From Phoronis australis (taxonomy: Eukaryota > Animalia > Phoronida): a stretch of DNA of 64,000 nt. How positions within the stretch are numbered: the stretch's first letter is position 1; every line of letters starts with the position of its first letter. A program made the translations under genes and the position numbers. Location of the stretch: assembly GCA_002633005.1 (NCBI GenBank), contig NMRA01000006.1:1837725-1901724 (forward strand). The letters are read 5' to 3'. This document shows, piece by piece, positions 38,401 to 52,000 of this stretch. A model generated the notes under the pieces. It saw only the letters and a list, made by a program, of their open reading frames with translations, was not told the origin of the DNA and searched no databases.

Positions 38401-39982
38401 TTTCCGAGATGTGATGTGCGGCGTGCGTGTATGTGTACAAAACATGTGATTGTTATGTTCCTGAAGTACGAAAATTCAGAAACTTTAGTATGCCGTTATT
38501 ATTGACAGGGACACGATAAAACGAATTTGGATTTTGACTATAGTCTTGATACAGCGAGATGGCTGACCACTGCGTCAGTGTCTCCATTAGACCCAGAAAT
38601 TTCACACAGCCTGGGTAGTTCACTTCGTCCCCAACATGTAGATCGAGCCTTGGATTATTAATACTCCACGGTAGAGCTAACGACCGTCGGCCTGTGCACA
38701 TAAAATCTGTGAGTTAACCAGCACTCACCTTGCATGTTGCAGCCGTTTAAATGAAAAAACAATCTAGTAAACGCCATTTTCCTGCATAATCCTTCGCCTT
38801 TTGTAACAAAAAGTCTATCGTTGATGACCCACACACGCACGCTCCGGCACTCACTCTCATACGCAGACAAACTTCAAAACAAACGTCTCATGACAACAAC
38901 ATGTGTGTTCATCCAGAGATTTTTCTCGTGTTGTGGGGTACGATGTAGCGCAGACTTTGCACTTAATCACAATTAATCTGGACTCCACATGAACTTTAAA
39001 AATTGTAAAACATAAGGAAGATTTCAGGTAATTTGTTGAGTCGAAACTATATTTTTATTCAAGAATTCAAGTTTTCCTATTGACGATTGCAATTCAGCGA
39101 CGCATCAGTCGGCAAGTTTTCGCCCTGTGATGAGCACAATTTTTTGAAAAGTTATCGTAATTTAAGAGTAGAAAGACTGTCATAGGCTAAAAATACGTCA
39201 CAGAGCGTAAATTTTATCATCAGTCACTAAAAAGGGTAGGTCATCGTCGCTTACCAGTAGCCGCAGACGAAGGTCAGTTTGAAAATTTTCTTCTAAACTG
39301 TTTAGGGTTGTTGAAGGTTATAGAGTATTATTTTATTTCATATAACTGGATGAAAGTCATTTTTAGTATTAATAGGCCAAAACCGGGTTTCACTAATATG
39401 GCCGCTTTTCATAAAGAAGTTTTCGCAATATTACCAAATTTTAATTATGCTGTGATCTTAGTAGTTCCTGTTGGAAATAATAGTTATCTCAAAAGTAAAC
39501 TTAATCTAGTTCATGTTTTGAATGTTAATTCAAGAGTTCAGTGAAGCGGAAATTTAAAGAACTCTCAACACTGAACTCATATATTGCCCTTCAGACTATT
39601 TTATCAGCCAACAATATATAGGCTGCAGCTCCTTTATCTTTTGAGATCGATCTCATTCTTTATCACCATAAATAAAAATGGAAACTAGTATTACACCTAC
39701 ATGAATGCCAGCCCACTGGATTTTGGACATTGCATCAAAAGAATGACTGGACAGTTGAATGGTCTACCCACTGACTAGTACTTATCACAAGTGCAAGTTG
39801 TCTTGAATGAGACACATTCCTAACCCTGCTGAGCCCAGCCAATCACAAACATCCTTGTGGGAGACCACTGTGACCCGCTTTGTTGACCTCATTCACTGGA
39901 TGCATAACTGTGAGAAGGCCAGAAGGCACTTCTGTGTTTTGTTGTGGGGGCTGATAAACGGTCCCTGTGCAAGACCACAGCC

Positions 39983-40083
39983 ATGTCTAAGAGTCCCCTA
40001 TCCCCCAGTGTCCACTGGGGGAGAGTTGAGGTGATGACAGAACCTAGGAGGAGTAGAAGAAAGACTGTTAAGACAACAGTTTT
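39983..40083 (+). CDS. SUN1/SUN2: SUN-like probable first coding exon (MSKSPLSP...EPRRSRRKTVKTTVL)
   Basis: gccATG is the first in-frame ATG after a TGA at 39911. Basic RRSRR motif; donor TT|gtgagt, phase 2 matches 44410. Confidence 0.55.
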
Positions 40084-43000
40084 GTGAGTAATTCTCTGCG
40101 CTTGTTGTTCATCAAATTGGAGGGAAAATGACATTCTGAGGTCACTGTTGTTCAAGCGTTCACCTGGTTTTGCTATTCAAGCAATAGCATGTATGCATGC
40201 GAGTAATTCAATGGCAGTCCATGAAAAGAATTGTGAAACAAAATTTTGGTATCTTCATTGTTTAGGACGTTTGTTTTGTATCGATTTTGACCTATAATTT
40301 TCATATTCTAATAAGGTCATTTGAGGTCAGCACTATACTGGTGTGGTGCGTACTCATCCAAGCGTGCTTATAGCATTTGTTGATAGTTGATTTTTTATTG
40401 TTTGCTCATTCTATATATTTCTTTGGCCCTTGCAATCGTGGGATCATTATTTTTAAGACGTGCCGGCGTCTACCTTTAGTATAGGGACGCATGCTTGAAC
40501 ACCCCTGTGAAGTCACCACTCTGAGCAGCACATCCCGCATACCTTTTACCGTTAGAGTGTACCCCTGGGTTTTTAGCAATATAGTTGGTTCATCAACTAC
40601 TGGCTAATGCCATAGATGGTAGCTTGATAACCCCTTGGGTAACTAGCCAACTGAAAGTGGATTAAGGTACAAAATATACCGAAAACTACAAAACCGAACA
40701 AAGTCGGACTCACTAATGTCAATAAAATGGTATTTTTGATGTTCTTTAACTTTTTACCTTTCCTCTTACAACTACGTTTAAGCTATTCACACTGGTGGTT
40801 CCTACCACCATTTCTGAAGGAAAATTTCCATGTCAGAATTAAAACACATGTAGGCAGGCTTTTTTGGTTGTGTGATCCTCAGGGGGCCAGTCCGCCCTAG
40901 CCGTCCTCTTACTAAATCTGCCTATGAATGCTAGACTTCTAAAGCTCGGTTGCCACTTGTGCAACTGTGTCAAAAACAAGTCGCGTAGCCCAAAGTTGTG
41001 TCGCCCAGTTTTTTTAAATAGCCTGCTTTTGAGTACCCAAAAGTCCAGCTTCACACTGGCACAGCACACAGGCTTATCACTGCCAAACATTGATTGGTAA
41101 TTGCTATAGTTGACTTTAACAATCGTAAAGTAAAACTGTTGAGGATTCAAATTGTTTTTTATGTGTCCTTTAGGCAGATAGGTGTGTGCGATAATGTCAA
41201 TTTGATGTTTTTATGGTCAGTTCTAGAGATAACTGACCTAGGTTTCAGATGTCTAAACTCCGGCATGATGTCAAACAAGGTAGCTCTTTGATATGAGTTC
41301 TTGTCGACCTGCTATCACCAGGGCTTGGAATTTTCCTCATTTAAGAGGATTTCCTCTTTTTCGGTTTCGATATCCTGTTATTTGATTTCCAGTTTCTTCT
41401 TTTTGACTTTATTCATGCAAAAAACATTTGCTTTTAAATTTTACAACACAAACGTTATTTCTATCACATAAGCCTGGTTTTTGTCATTGGTCATTCCAAG
41501 CCTTTGTATCACATGGTGAACTGTCACTGGGTATATGCCTTTCCATCAACGGATACAGATTTATGGTTCGTCGTTGGTAATGCAGTTGTTAAATGTGCTC
41601 CATAATTACAGCAATTAGTAAACCTATCACCATAGTAATTATGCGTTTGGTTTATCTTCATGTAAACGTATGGTTTTGTTGTTGCTGTTATGCTTGGGAA
41701 ACATGTAAGGTGTTGATTGCAGAATTAAAGATGTGTTTGCATGCTCCTATGTTAATATAGAGCAGGAACTAAACGACATTGCTATTTGAATATCATCTAC
41801 ACTAAACAAAGTGCAGTTGTATTCATTGACAACTTTTAAATTTATATGAAAACAAAAAAAATTGTAAATAGGTGACCTTTGCACTAATGACATACTTTGG
41901 GGGCTCACATAGCCCGTATTATACTGTGTTATTCCCCAACACCATGTCACAATACTTACTGGACACGGTTGAATGATTTACGGCAGATCATTTTTGACAC
42001 AAAATTCGATCTTAAAAACATTTGTCAATTTTCAGCCTACTTCATATTCACATCGTCGCTATATGTTGTGTTTCTAACTAATTTGACCAAGCAATCACAG
42101 AGATAAGGAATTAGCGTGCAAGTTCCACTTTAAGTACGGTAAATTGTATTATACATGAATACTGTTAGAACCAGGTAATTAGATGTGAGGAAATAAAAAA
42201 TACCGTAATTTTTAACATATAGTGCATGAAAACATTTGACAAAGCAATTGTTTTCTATTTTTCAAAGGTTTGCTATCTTGTTGGAAAATGTACTATGAAT
42301 AGTGATGTCATAATAGCGTATGCTGATTGCTGTGTGACATCATTGCCTGTTTGTAGTGTAAATACGCTATTTTTGGTGTTGCATTGTTTTCTGTTAGTCT
42401 GAAGAAGTTCTACGTATTCAGATATATTAGTATTTTGGTGAGTAGAGTCTTCGTTAAATAGAGAACTTGTATTTTCCTTTTTGAGTAGCGTGCTATTGTA
42501 GCAAACATCCTCTTCAGTTTTAGGCATGCTTTTTGTTTGACTGGTTTTACTTTCACAGGTCTATACTTTGTGCTTGAAATAAAACTCAAAATTATTTTTG
42601 CACTTTTCCGTACTGCTTTAATGCACACCTGTGTCTATAATTCTATGTTCTTGTACATTATGGTTTACAGACTTCAATTTCTAGTCCATGTTCCCATTTG
42701 ACGACTCCTAGATTTGAACTACAAACCCGTAATAAAAATTCAAATTTTTCAGTTCCAACTAGCTACAACTGCCCTAATGTGGGGTCAGTCAAGTGCAAAC
42801 TAGAATTAGATATCTATCCATGTAAAGTATTGCATACGCTTGCACAGAATTATATACACTTATTTTGAGTCTATATGTTAAAGTAAAAACTAGAAAAATT
42901 TCAAAAATAATTTCAAGATCGATTTCCAGAACAAAGATTAGGCCCAGGTGTAAATTTACCAGTTGTAACAAGTCATAACAGTGCTGACTGTTAGTCAGTC

Positions 43001-46000
43001 CCCATGTCCTGTGTAACATTGTTTGTGTGTGAAAGTGTTCCTCACTGTACCTTTGCCAAAGGCCTTTTGTACTGCATTATGTAACTTGCAGATGTATAGT
43101 CCTGGTTAGCCAGTTGCAATGTTTACATTGACATTATGTGGATTGATAAGAAATCAATAGCTACAGATGTCACAGCTACTGTCCATTCTTATGGTAGTTG
43201 AAGCTGAGGGGCCAATACTAGGTGCACATGAGTGGTGAAAACACTGCTAGGGTTAGCAAATTCTTTTGTCTTGTATTCAAAAAAGAAAGATTTGGTACTA
43301 AAATCAAATAAAAACTGACAAGTGTTTCAATAATTTACAGTTACACATAAATTCATATATGGACTCTTGTATTGTTATACTGAATAGGTTTTATCTTGAA
43401 TAAATATAAATCTATATCTTACTAATAAATGGCAAATGGCAAATTTTGCAAATAGCAGAAATTTGTTAACGTTTTTAAGCACTGGATGTTAAATTAAAAG
43501 CTTTCATATAGATTTCAGACAATGCCTAAGATTGCATAATCAGTTGTCATTGTTACTGTGGCATTTAGAAGATGTAGTCCAGCTGAAAAATCAACATTTA
43601 TTGAAGGGTTTCGGACCTATGGGGAAGGGGGGCATTGATGTTTTGTGGTTTCCAAGCTGGCACGCTGGTAAAAAGGTTAACTTTATTCTTGGGTTGCAGT
43701 TAACACCACTGTAAACTGATGGATTTAACAGCGTAGCTTTGATGCAGTGTGAAAGGTCTTGGTACGGTATCATCAATGTTGTCAGTAGATGTTATTGTAT
43801 TCAAATAGTTACCATTCTACCATCCTTAGCACTTCATTCTTTCGTTACCCAAATATATGCATGACTCTTCTTGTTGAAAAAATTTAGTACAGTAAAATCT
43901 CCTCAATTTTGAACGAAAATAATTTCCAAAATTACCCGTATTTCGTTTTTCTCTCGGTCTTCTGACATTGAACTGTGAATGCCCACAATTTTTTAAAAAA
44001 ATTCTGATGGTAGCTGTGGTACAAAACTTGAACATGGTTAAGCATTAATTTGACGCTACATATTTTCTATTAAAAAATGAGAATTAAAGTAAATTTCACT
44101 TGCCCACCATTGTGTGTCTGAAATTGGTGAGATTCTACCGTATGTATATTGTATTCGCAGTGCCATCTTGTGATAACTTCAATAACTAGAGCATCAACTA
44201 GCGACACCTTCAGGTTCTAGTTCGAAGCCAGTCTGAGGGCTTCAACTATTACCAAGTACTTGGAAGTTTACATCGAGACTCTTCTTGTGCCACAGTTAAG
44301 TTGGTGCGAAAGGGCCTTAAGTGGTTAGCATTGTAGTGGTTTATAACCCTTCTTTATCTTATCTTTGTTGTCATTTTAAATAATGCTCTACTTTTTGTTC
44401 TTACTTCAGACGATCTGGCTTGAAGAAGGCGTGGGGTAGCACTGAGGCACTGAACTCCAAGCTTAGTTCTCTCGACCATTTTGAAAAGTGAGTCAGTACT
44501 CTTGAATCAACTTGTATTAAAGATTTCTTAAATTTGGACACTTTTTTCTGTTTAGAATGCTATCGGTAAGGAATGGTGACTTTTTGGACACCGTAACCGT
44601 CTCAACCGTCTAATTAATGCCCCTTCGTTTGATTCAAAATCCCTCACTGGATATTTAGATTGATAACCTTAGTGTCTGAAATACAAGAATTTCCAATTGA
44701 CATTTGGAATACTGTATGAGAACATAACTGTTGTGCTCATTGAAAGCTCTACTTGTGTTGATTCTTTTGTATTGTGTTATATTAAACATTTGTGGATGTC
44801 CAACCTACAACTTGTTCATTTATATCTAGTCAAGATTGTGCTGTAGTACAATGTGTAGGCGTTACTGCATACCTTTGTATGTCAAGTATTTCCTCAGAAT
44901 ACCTGTTTGTTTTGCATTTAAATTCAAGTCAAGCCCATCAGAGGTCACACTGGTCATATGTTTTGTTAAGTACTGAGCATGTCCTACAGGTGTTACTAGC
45001 CCAACAGGTGACCACCTGACCTTTGAAAACAGGTGATGACCCGCACCTTTGAATACATTATTTAGTAGTAATATATTGTTTTCTATTTTGGTTGAGGTGA
45101 TACATTATTTTATTTGTTGACAGTGGGGTAGTTGAATTCAGTCGTGTTTTCGAATTGATAATATAACGCGTAATAGTAGGCTCAGTTTTCGTAAAGGGGT
45201 GGACTGAATTTTAAAGTTAAGTGCAAGCGAAACATTCACCTACACCAGTTTTTCAAGTAAAACGTGGTTCTTGCTCGAACAATGATGTCACAGAAGTCCT
45301 TGACCAAGTCTGCACCCATGAAATTCTCTTTTTTCCTGAATTCAACTTTGTTGCGGAGGTAGGAAAACGCTTTATTAAATTGACATAGTTTTCGAAAGGT
45401 TACCACTGACACTCATCTTGGGTGAGTCGGGCGTGCGGTTTATTACACCCCATTCAGCTGCTCGATTTTTTATTTATGTCGGCATTGCAATTCATTTTAT
45501 AGCAATTTTATTGCCGTCAGAATGATGAACGGTAAATCAATTTCGTTATAAAATAGTGATTAGCGCTACAGCTTTGGAATTTGAGCCCTGCTGGTACTCG
45601 GCATTGTGGGTAAGTGCCACAGAATCAGAGAGGGCATTGCATTACGTACTATTTCTTGGGACTGTTAAAACCAAGAAATTTCCAAAATCACGATCTGATC
45701 TAGAGTCACGTTCAATTAAATTTGACTAACAAGCCTACTCAATGCTGTGATAGTAAACGTCCAGAGCTTGAAAGTCAAGGTCATCTGTTTTTCTCCGTTC
45801 AAAGTTTTTTGGTTATAGTATTTCACAAAAAACACATCTTCACGACATTTGTTGAACGTCTTTTAGAAATAGTAGTTTTTAAATATCGGTTAGCATCGGG
45901 CGCTTATCAGATGAACGCTGACAATGAGAGAGCTGGACTATGTAATCATTGGTTTGCCAACTTTCTCCCCTTGCTATCACTGTCAATCTGATAACGACAC

Positions 46001-49000
46001 GGCTCTATCCCAAGTTTCAGATCAGCGAAATCGGAGAAACCCACCCCTCAATGAGGGAGTGTAAAGGAGTGATTCTGGGATGTGGTTATTGGGAAGTGAG
46101 CTGGACATCAGTTTGTGACAAGGGGCAGAGGTCTTTTTTAGCATTCCACAAACTCTTCTATATTGGCGCGTTTCGGGCTCTGTGGTGAAAAAAAATTTGA
46201 CCTCAGCAACATTTTTTGCCGAGGTGAACTCTGCACGAGGAAGCTGCTGTTTCGAGTACGTACGCGCCCACATATTTATATTGGACGCATTATGTTGTCA
46301 TCTCGTCTGGCGTCCGCTGCTCTATCTCCAAAAACCTTCGACGTATGTTCATGAAATTTTGCACTTACGGTATGTTCCTTTTGTGAATGGGACGGCGTGA
46401 GAGAACTTTCGGACTGATCCAACTATCGGTGTGCCCCCTAGTGTCAATTTTAGTTTTTTACATTTACCTCTGTATCTTCAAAGTCCTCAAGGTATTTTCA
46501 TGAAATTTGGCACATATGCATCTATTAGTGAGATGACGCTATCCCCTTGTTTTCAGATGAATTCGACGTAGTTCGCACCACTTAATGGCCATTTTTAATG
46601 TCTTCAAGTCCACCCCTCTATCTAGCAAATCGTGAAAATTGGCAGCTATGTTCTTACTATGAAGACTAGCTGACGATGATTTTCTGATGATTTCGACTAC
46701 TGTGGCGCCCCCTAGTGGCAATTTTTTTCTTGCGCCCATGGCTATATCTCCAAAACTGTTTGCAGAATCTTTACTAAATTTAGCAACTGAGTTTATTTAT
46801 GTGATGTTGACAAGGAACGATGGCTTTCGAAGGGATATGACTACCAGTGTGTTCCCTAGTGGCAATTTTATTTTCTTACGTTTACGTCTGTATCTTCAAA
46901 GATTCTCAATGGATTTTCAGAAAATTTGGAATATAGGCACCTATTGGTGAGATGATGCTATCCCCCCATTTTCGGATGGAGTCGACATACTTTGTGCCTC
47001 CTAGTGGCCATTTTGCTGTTTTTTAGGCTTTTTTTGGCGTCCACCCCACGATCACCCAAACCATTCTAAGGATGATTTTGTTCTCAGTGTGAAGATTACG
47101 GTTGACATTGAGGACTTCAACTACTGTAGCGCCTTCAAGTGGTAGTTCTGTTTGTTTTGCGCCCAAAGCTGCATCTCCTAAACTCCTTGCAGAATTTTTA
47201 TTAAATTTAGTAATTGTATTTATATGAAGCTAACAACAGACGACCACGACTTTCCGGTGGATCCAACGAACGCTTTACCCTTTAGTGGCAATTTCCTTTT
47301 TTCTGTTTTCCTTTGTTTCTCTGAAGATTTTTATGAACTTTGTTAAATAGCTTTCTATTAAAGAAGCGATGGTATGTTCCCGTTTTCAGATGCACTGGAC
47401 GTTTTTGCACCGTCTAGTGGCCATTTACATGAAATAAATAAAGAACCCTAGAAGCACGCCATTTGTGGTGCATTCGTGGGTGCATTTCAACACTCTGCAT
47501 TGCTCTTGATAGTGATATGATAATAATTGTTCGAGCTTTTAGTCACCCAGTCTAGTGAATCATTTTAGCCAATCATCTTTACAAATCCTTTGTCCGTTTC
47601 TTTGCTTCAGGAACCCCAAGACAGATTACACCTACTCAAGAAGGTGAGTGTTTATTCCCCTTGACCTGAGAGGCTTGTCAAATATTTACTGGATCCCCAA
47701 GTTTACATTTGGTGGAGTTTTTTTACTGTTGAGTATCACGTTGCTAAATATTTGCACAATATGGTGGGCTTGCCATGTTTGTCTCTAAAATATTTGTGGG
47801 TCAGAGCAATCATTTTTTTTAATTAAATCCTACAAGTCTCTTGAAACATCATGATGTTCTGTAATTCCCATCAACGCTGAGAAGTTTGGAGTAACTCAAT
47901 ACAAATTTTGTGGCTTGTAACTAGCGCTACTCTATTTAATCCAGTGGCTTCTTTCACGAGGAAACTATTGTCGAAATGTTTTATCTGATGTCTATTCTAG
48001 TAGGCTGCGATTTCTGTGTTTTAACTTCGAGTTTAATATGGATTTGCAGACTTTCAACCTTTCCCTGTTTTCGTGAAACAAGCTAAGCCATCCGTAGACT
48101 GATTTTTAGTCGGAAATCAAAAATCAGAAGCCAATAGACCCTTTGAGAAACGGATCCCTCGACTTTTCTGTACTCTAAGGCCATAAAAGCGCATTGCGGA
48201 TCAAAAGCGTATTCTGCCCTGTCACTGATAACGTCATTATCTTAGTATGCAAATGCATGACCTAATGGCTGATAACATTCCCAGACAAGTGTAGGAGTCA
48301 GTTTCAGAATTTGTTACACTAAACAAATATAGGTGATTATTCTTTTTGTACTCAATCTTTGCAAGTTAGCTAAACTTAAAGAGCCCTGTTAATGGTCTAC
48401 AGGTTCTTTGTGAGAGAAGTTCAAGTGTGCCTGTATCTGTTAATAACATGGACAGTCTTTCCATTTGTTACCTTACGTTATGTTTTAGGCATGTAAATGG
48501 TGCCGCCCAAGGCATCCACCTTATGATAAGCTGGGCAAGACTACCAGGTGTTAAGCTGTTAGCATTGGTCTAGAGGACTTGTCTTTCACACACACAACTC
48601 CCAAACACATTTGTAGAGTGATTACCCTGAGATTGTGACTCTGTGACCCTTTCAAAAACTTACATATTATTTACAGTGGTTCATACTCTCCAACACAACT
48701 CAACAAGGGATATGTGAGTCCCAATCTTTCCCGCCTTGGCTTGGGCTACAGCCACACAGCCGTCTATTCTCAGTCGAACAGCGTCGTTCAGAAGCTCACG
48801 TTTAGCTCTGCCACCGAAGATTCAACCAGTGGCTACAGCAGTGCCACTGCAAGTGCCACCGAGAGTGTTGCATCGCAACGCTCCACCCGTCGCCTGTCCT
48901 CAAATCACGTGTCCCACCATCGCTCAACCAGCAGTGTCGTCACTGAAACCTCAGAGGAGGAGACAACAGTTATGGCTGGTCGGAGAGGAGGTGCAAGGAC

Positions 49001-52000
49001 ACCTGGTAGGAATGTACAACACTACTGATATTGCTGTCACTTTGGAACACAAGATGGCAGACGAGTGAAATTTTTTTGTCCAATTTTTCAATGAAAAATA
49101 TGTTCAAGAAATTCTACTCTGCTTGCAGTGCTCGTACGTTATAGCTGCCCCAAAAGATATTTGGTAAAATTTTAAGCAATTGTAGCAATGAGTGATCTCC
49201 TTTTGATAGTTACTTTTGTAGTAAATTTAAGAATTTTACTGTAGATATTTGCTAGTATTACTTGTCGATATTTATGGCTTGAGATTTAAATTGCCTGCAT
49301 CCATTCTTGCCCTTCGTTTTCCCCGAAACTTGAAACTCTGTTATGTGTGTTTAAAGCCCTTGGCGCTTTCACAGTCTCTGTTTGCTCTGGCTGTTAGTTT
49401 CCTGTTAATGTTCTCACTGGTTAAGAAACTTTCTATTATGCCTTTGATGATGGTTGTTCATAGTAGCAAGTAAAGGGAACAGTTTTTAACCTAACTTTCT
49501 TGATTCATTGAACTGGTTTACACAGTTTTTATCATCATGCTTTACCATGTTCAGATGTGATACAGGTGTAAAATAATTTGTTGTTACTTATGCCTCACAA
49601 TGGTCTCACCTTGCATTGTATGGTTTTACGAATCATTTTCTTCGCAGCTCGTAATACCAGGATGACCCGAACTAGTGTGGTTAGTGGCTCCCCAGCCTCT
49701 GGTGATCGGGTCACAAGGTCACGAAAGAAGACACCCCCCAGGGTGTACGAAACTTATGAACATCAGGAGGTCACTCAGCGTACTGGTATGTAAACATGAA
49801 CATTTCAATAATTCCTGTTTTGTTGGGAAGTCTTCATTCACATGGATTTCTAAAATGTTTGAATTGATGGAAAAAGGCTTACAGTAATATTTCACCAATT
49901 TCGAAGAAGAATCATTGACAAAGTTGACCTTTTTTCAAAGGTTACTGACGTAAATGCCCAAGTGTCTCGAAACAAATTTGTCTAATGGTTGCTATGGTAT
50001 AGAAATTTTACACGATAAAGCATTTGTTTAGTGTAATTTATCGTTTATGCTTCTTTATTTTAAACTGGTGAGATGTTTGGGTATTCTTGTTGGTCAAACG
50101 GAAATCATATAGCAGAGATTCTGTTCATCTGTAGAGGTGTTCGATGGATTTTTTAGAGTGAATATTTGTTTCTCTTTTTCAGAGTGGTGTAGTTTGGTAG
50201 CAGCCTTTCATTAATGCAAACTTGATTGGAAACATAACTACTTTTTGTTAGACAGCTTGATGTAAAATCGCTTATACTTTCTGTACAAGTTCCGAACTTC
50301 CTGATGAAACGTGAGCTCACAGATGGTCGTAACTTGTACGGAGAGTGTGAGCGAGTCTACATAAAGCTTTCCAACTAAAAGTACAGTCCAGTTTTCAATC
50401 AAGTTTGTTTCAAAGTGGGCGCATGTTTTTTATTCATATTTTCCTAAAATCTTGGTTCTGCGTGTCTTCCAGTAACGCCCTCTCCTGGGAGACGAGGAGA
50501 CAGCTCCGGATCGTCCAGGCGAATGAAAGACAAAACAATAAATCATTTATACGGTTAGTGTTTATTGGATTGAATGACCTGCCATGGCAAACTAGTCTAG
50601 CATCGTCTCTAGCAATTACCAAACTGTTGTGTAACATGTCCAGAAATCACTTCCAGTTCGAATAAGGATGAAATTGAAACAACTGCAGGTGGTCAGATTC
50701 AGAACTTATTTTTGACAGAAGATATGTTAATAGCAGCTTTAAATTGTTAATTGATAATGATAATAATAATAGCAGTAATGCCAGCATTTCTTTTGCACTT
50801 GTTGTTAAGACATCTCGCTTTATTGTCCAAGATGCGTATGGCGGAGCCTTATTGCAAGAAATTGTAATCTATTGTTTTGTTGTTTAAAGGTGCATACTAT
50901 ACTTCTGCTTTCCTTGTTTAGGCTATTTATCGTAACAAAATGGGTCGCCTTGTACCTTACTCAGATCATAAATGATGTCTAGGGATGTGAAGAACTGAAA
51001 GTTTACTATTTTTGAGACCAGACACTCAAAGTTGCTTGTCATGCCCAATTAGTTTCAGCATCCAGAGCAGCGTGGCCTTCGGGAGGAATTCACACTGTGT
51101 TATCGCCTGTTTGTAACATTCAGAACTTGGTATACAGTGACTTTCATTGATATTAGTCATCAGTTACCTCCCTGTGTTATGTAAAGCTAGATATCGTTCA
51201 CCTTGCCAAAGATGCAAATGTTTTGTCCCCAGGAGTCTACTCTGTTATAAGAATTCATAGTTAGTGGATATTACAACTGATATTGTCTTTTCATCAACAG
51301 GTTTGGATGATGGATCTGATATTGAAGAAATGACTATTGAGTCTACCTCAGAGACGTCTACATTTCTTGATCAGTCTAGCAGTAACATGTCGCTCTATAG
51401 TGAGTGATCACCGTATTAATATTTTGCACATTGAAATTCTATTTTTAATATTCAGGGTAAGCATTTTAATGGTACGGTATTAGTCGTTCAATGTGATCTC
51501 ATGAAGAATTTACAAAAGGGCAAATGACTTGTTTTCGAAACATTATACAGTATATTTGCTGCTTATAATTTCTTAGTTGCTACTCTCAGAACTATGACCA
51601 TTTCACTATTGTTTGCAATTCATTTTAAATATCCGTGAAGATTTTTTTTTGTTTTTAAGAAAATGATTTTCTTTTTCAGAAAATGTGATCCTCTTGCCAT
51701 TTAAATACCTGTACAAGCTGATCGTGTGGGTCCTAGCTCTAGACACATGGCTTGTTTCAAAGTAAGTTGAATGAATATGAAAATGATTCATAATATGCAC
51801 AAAATCCACCAAGTGGAGGCATTTTATGCAATAGCAAGCTACAAAAGTGTCATTCATGTTTCTTGTAATAGTTTTTTGATGGGCTATACATCTTTTTCGT
51901 GGTCTTAAGATTTTTTTCATGGTCTTGAATGTTATTTCAACTCTCATGACTTCTGAGCCACGTGTAGTTAAATACTGCGTGCTAACCGTCACTTACAGGG

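Noticed and set aside
46431-47421. Regularly spaced motif array considered as CRISPR-like
   Set aside because: Eukaryotic intron, the intervening segments are homologous to each other, the repeats are degenerate, and there are no cas genes.
50183-50215. Strong acceptor-like site inside a SUN intron
   Set aside because: An in-frame stop follows within about 10 codons, and the gene model is complete without it.
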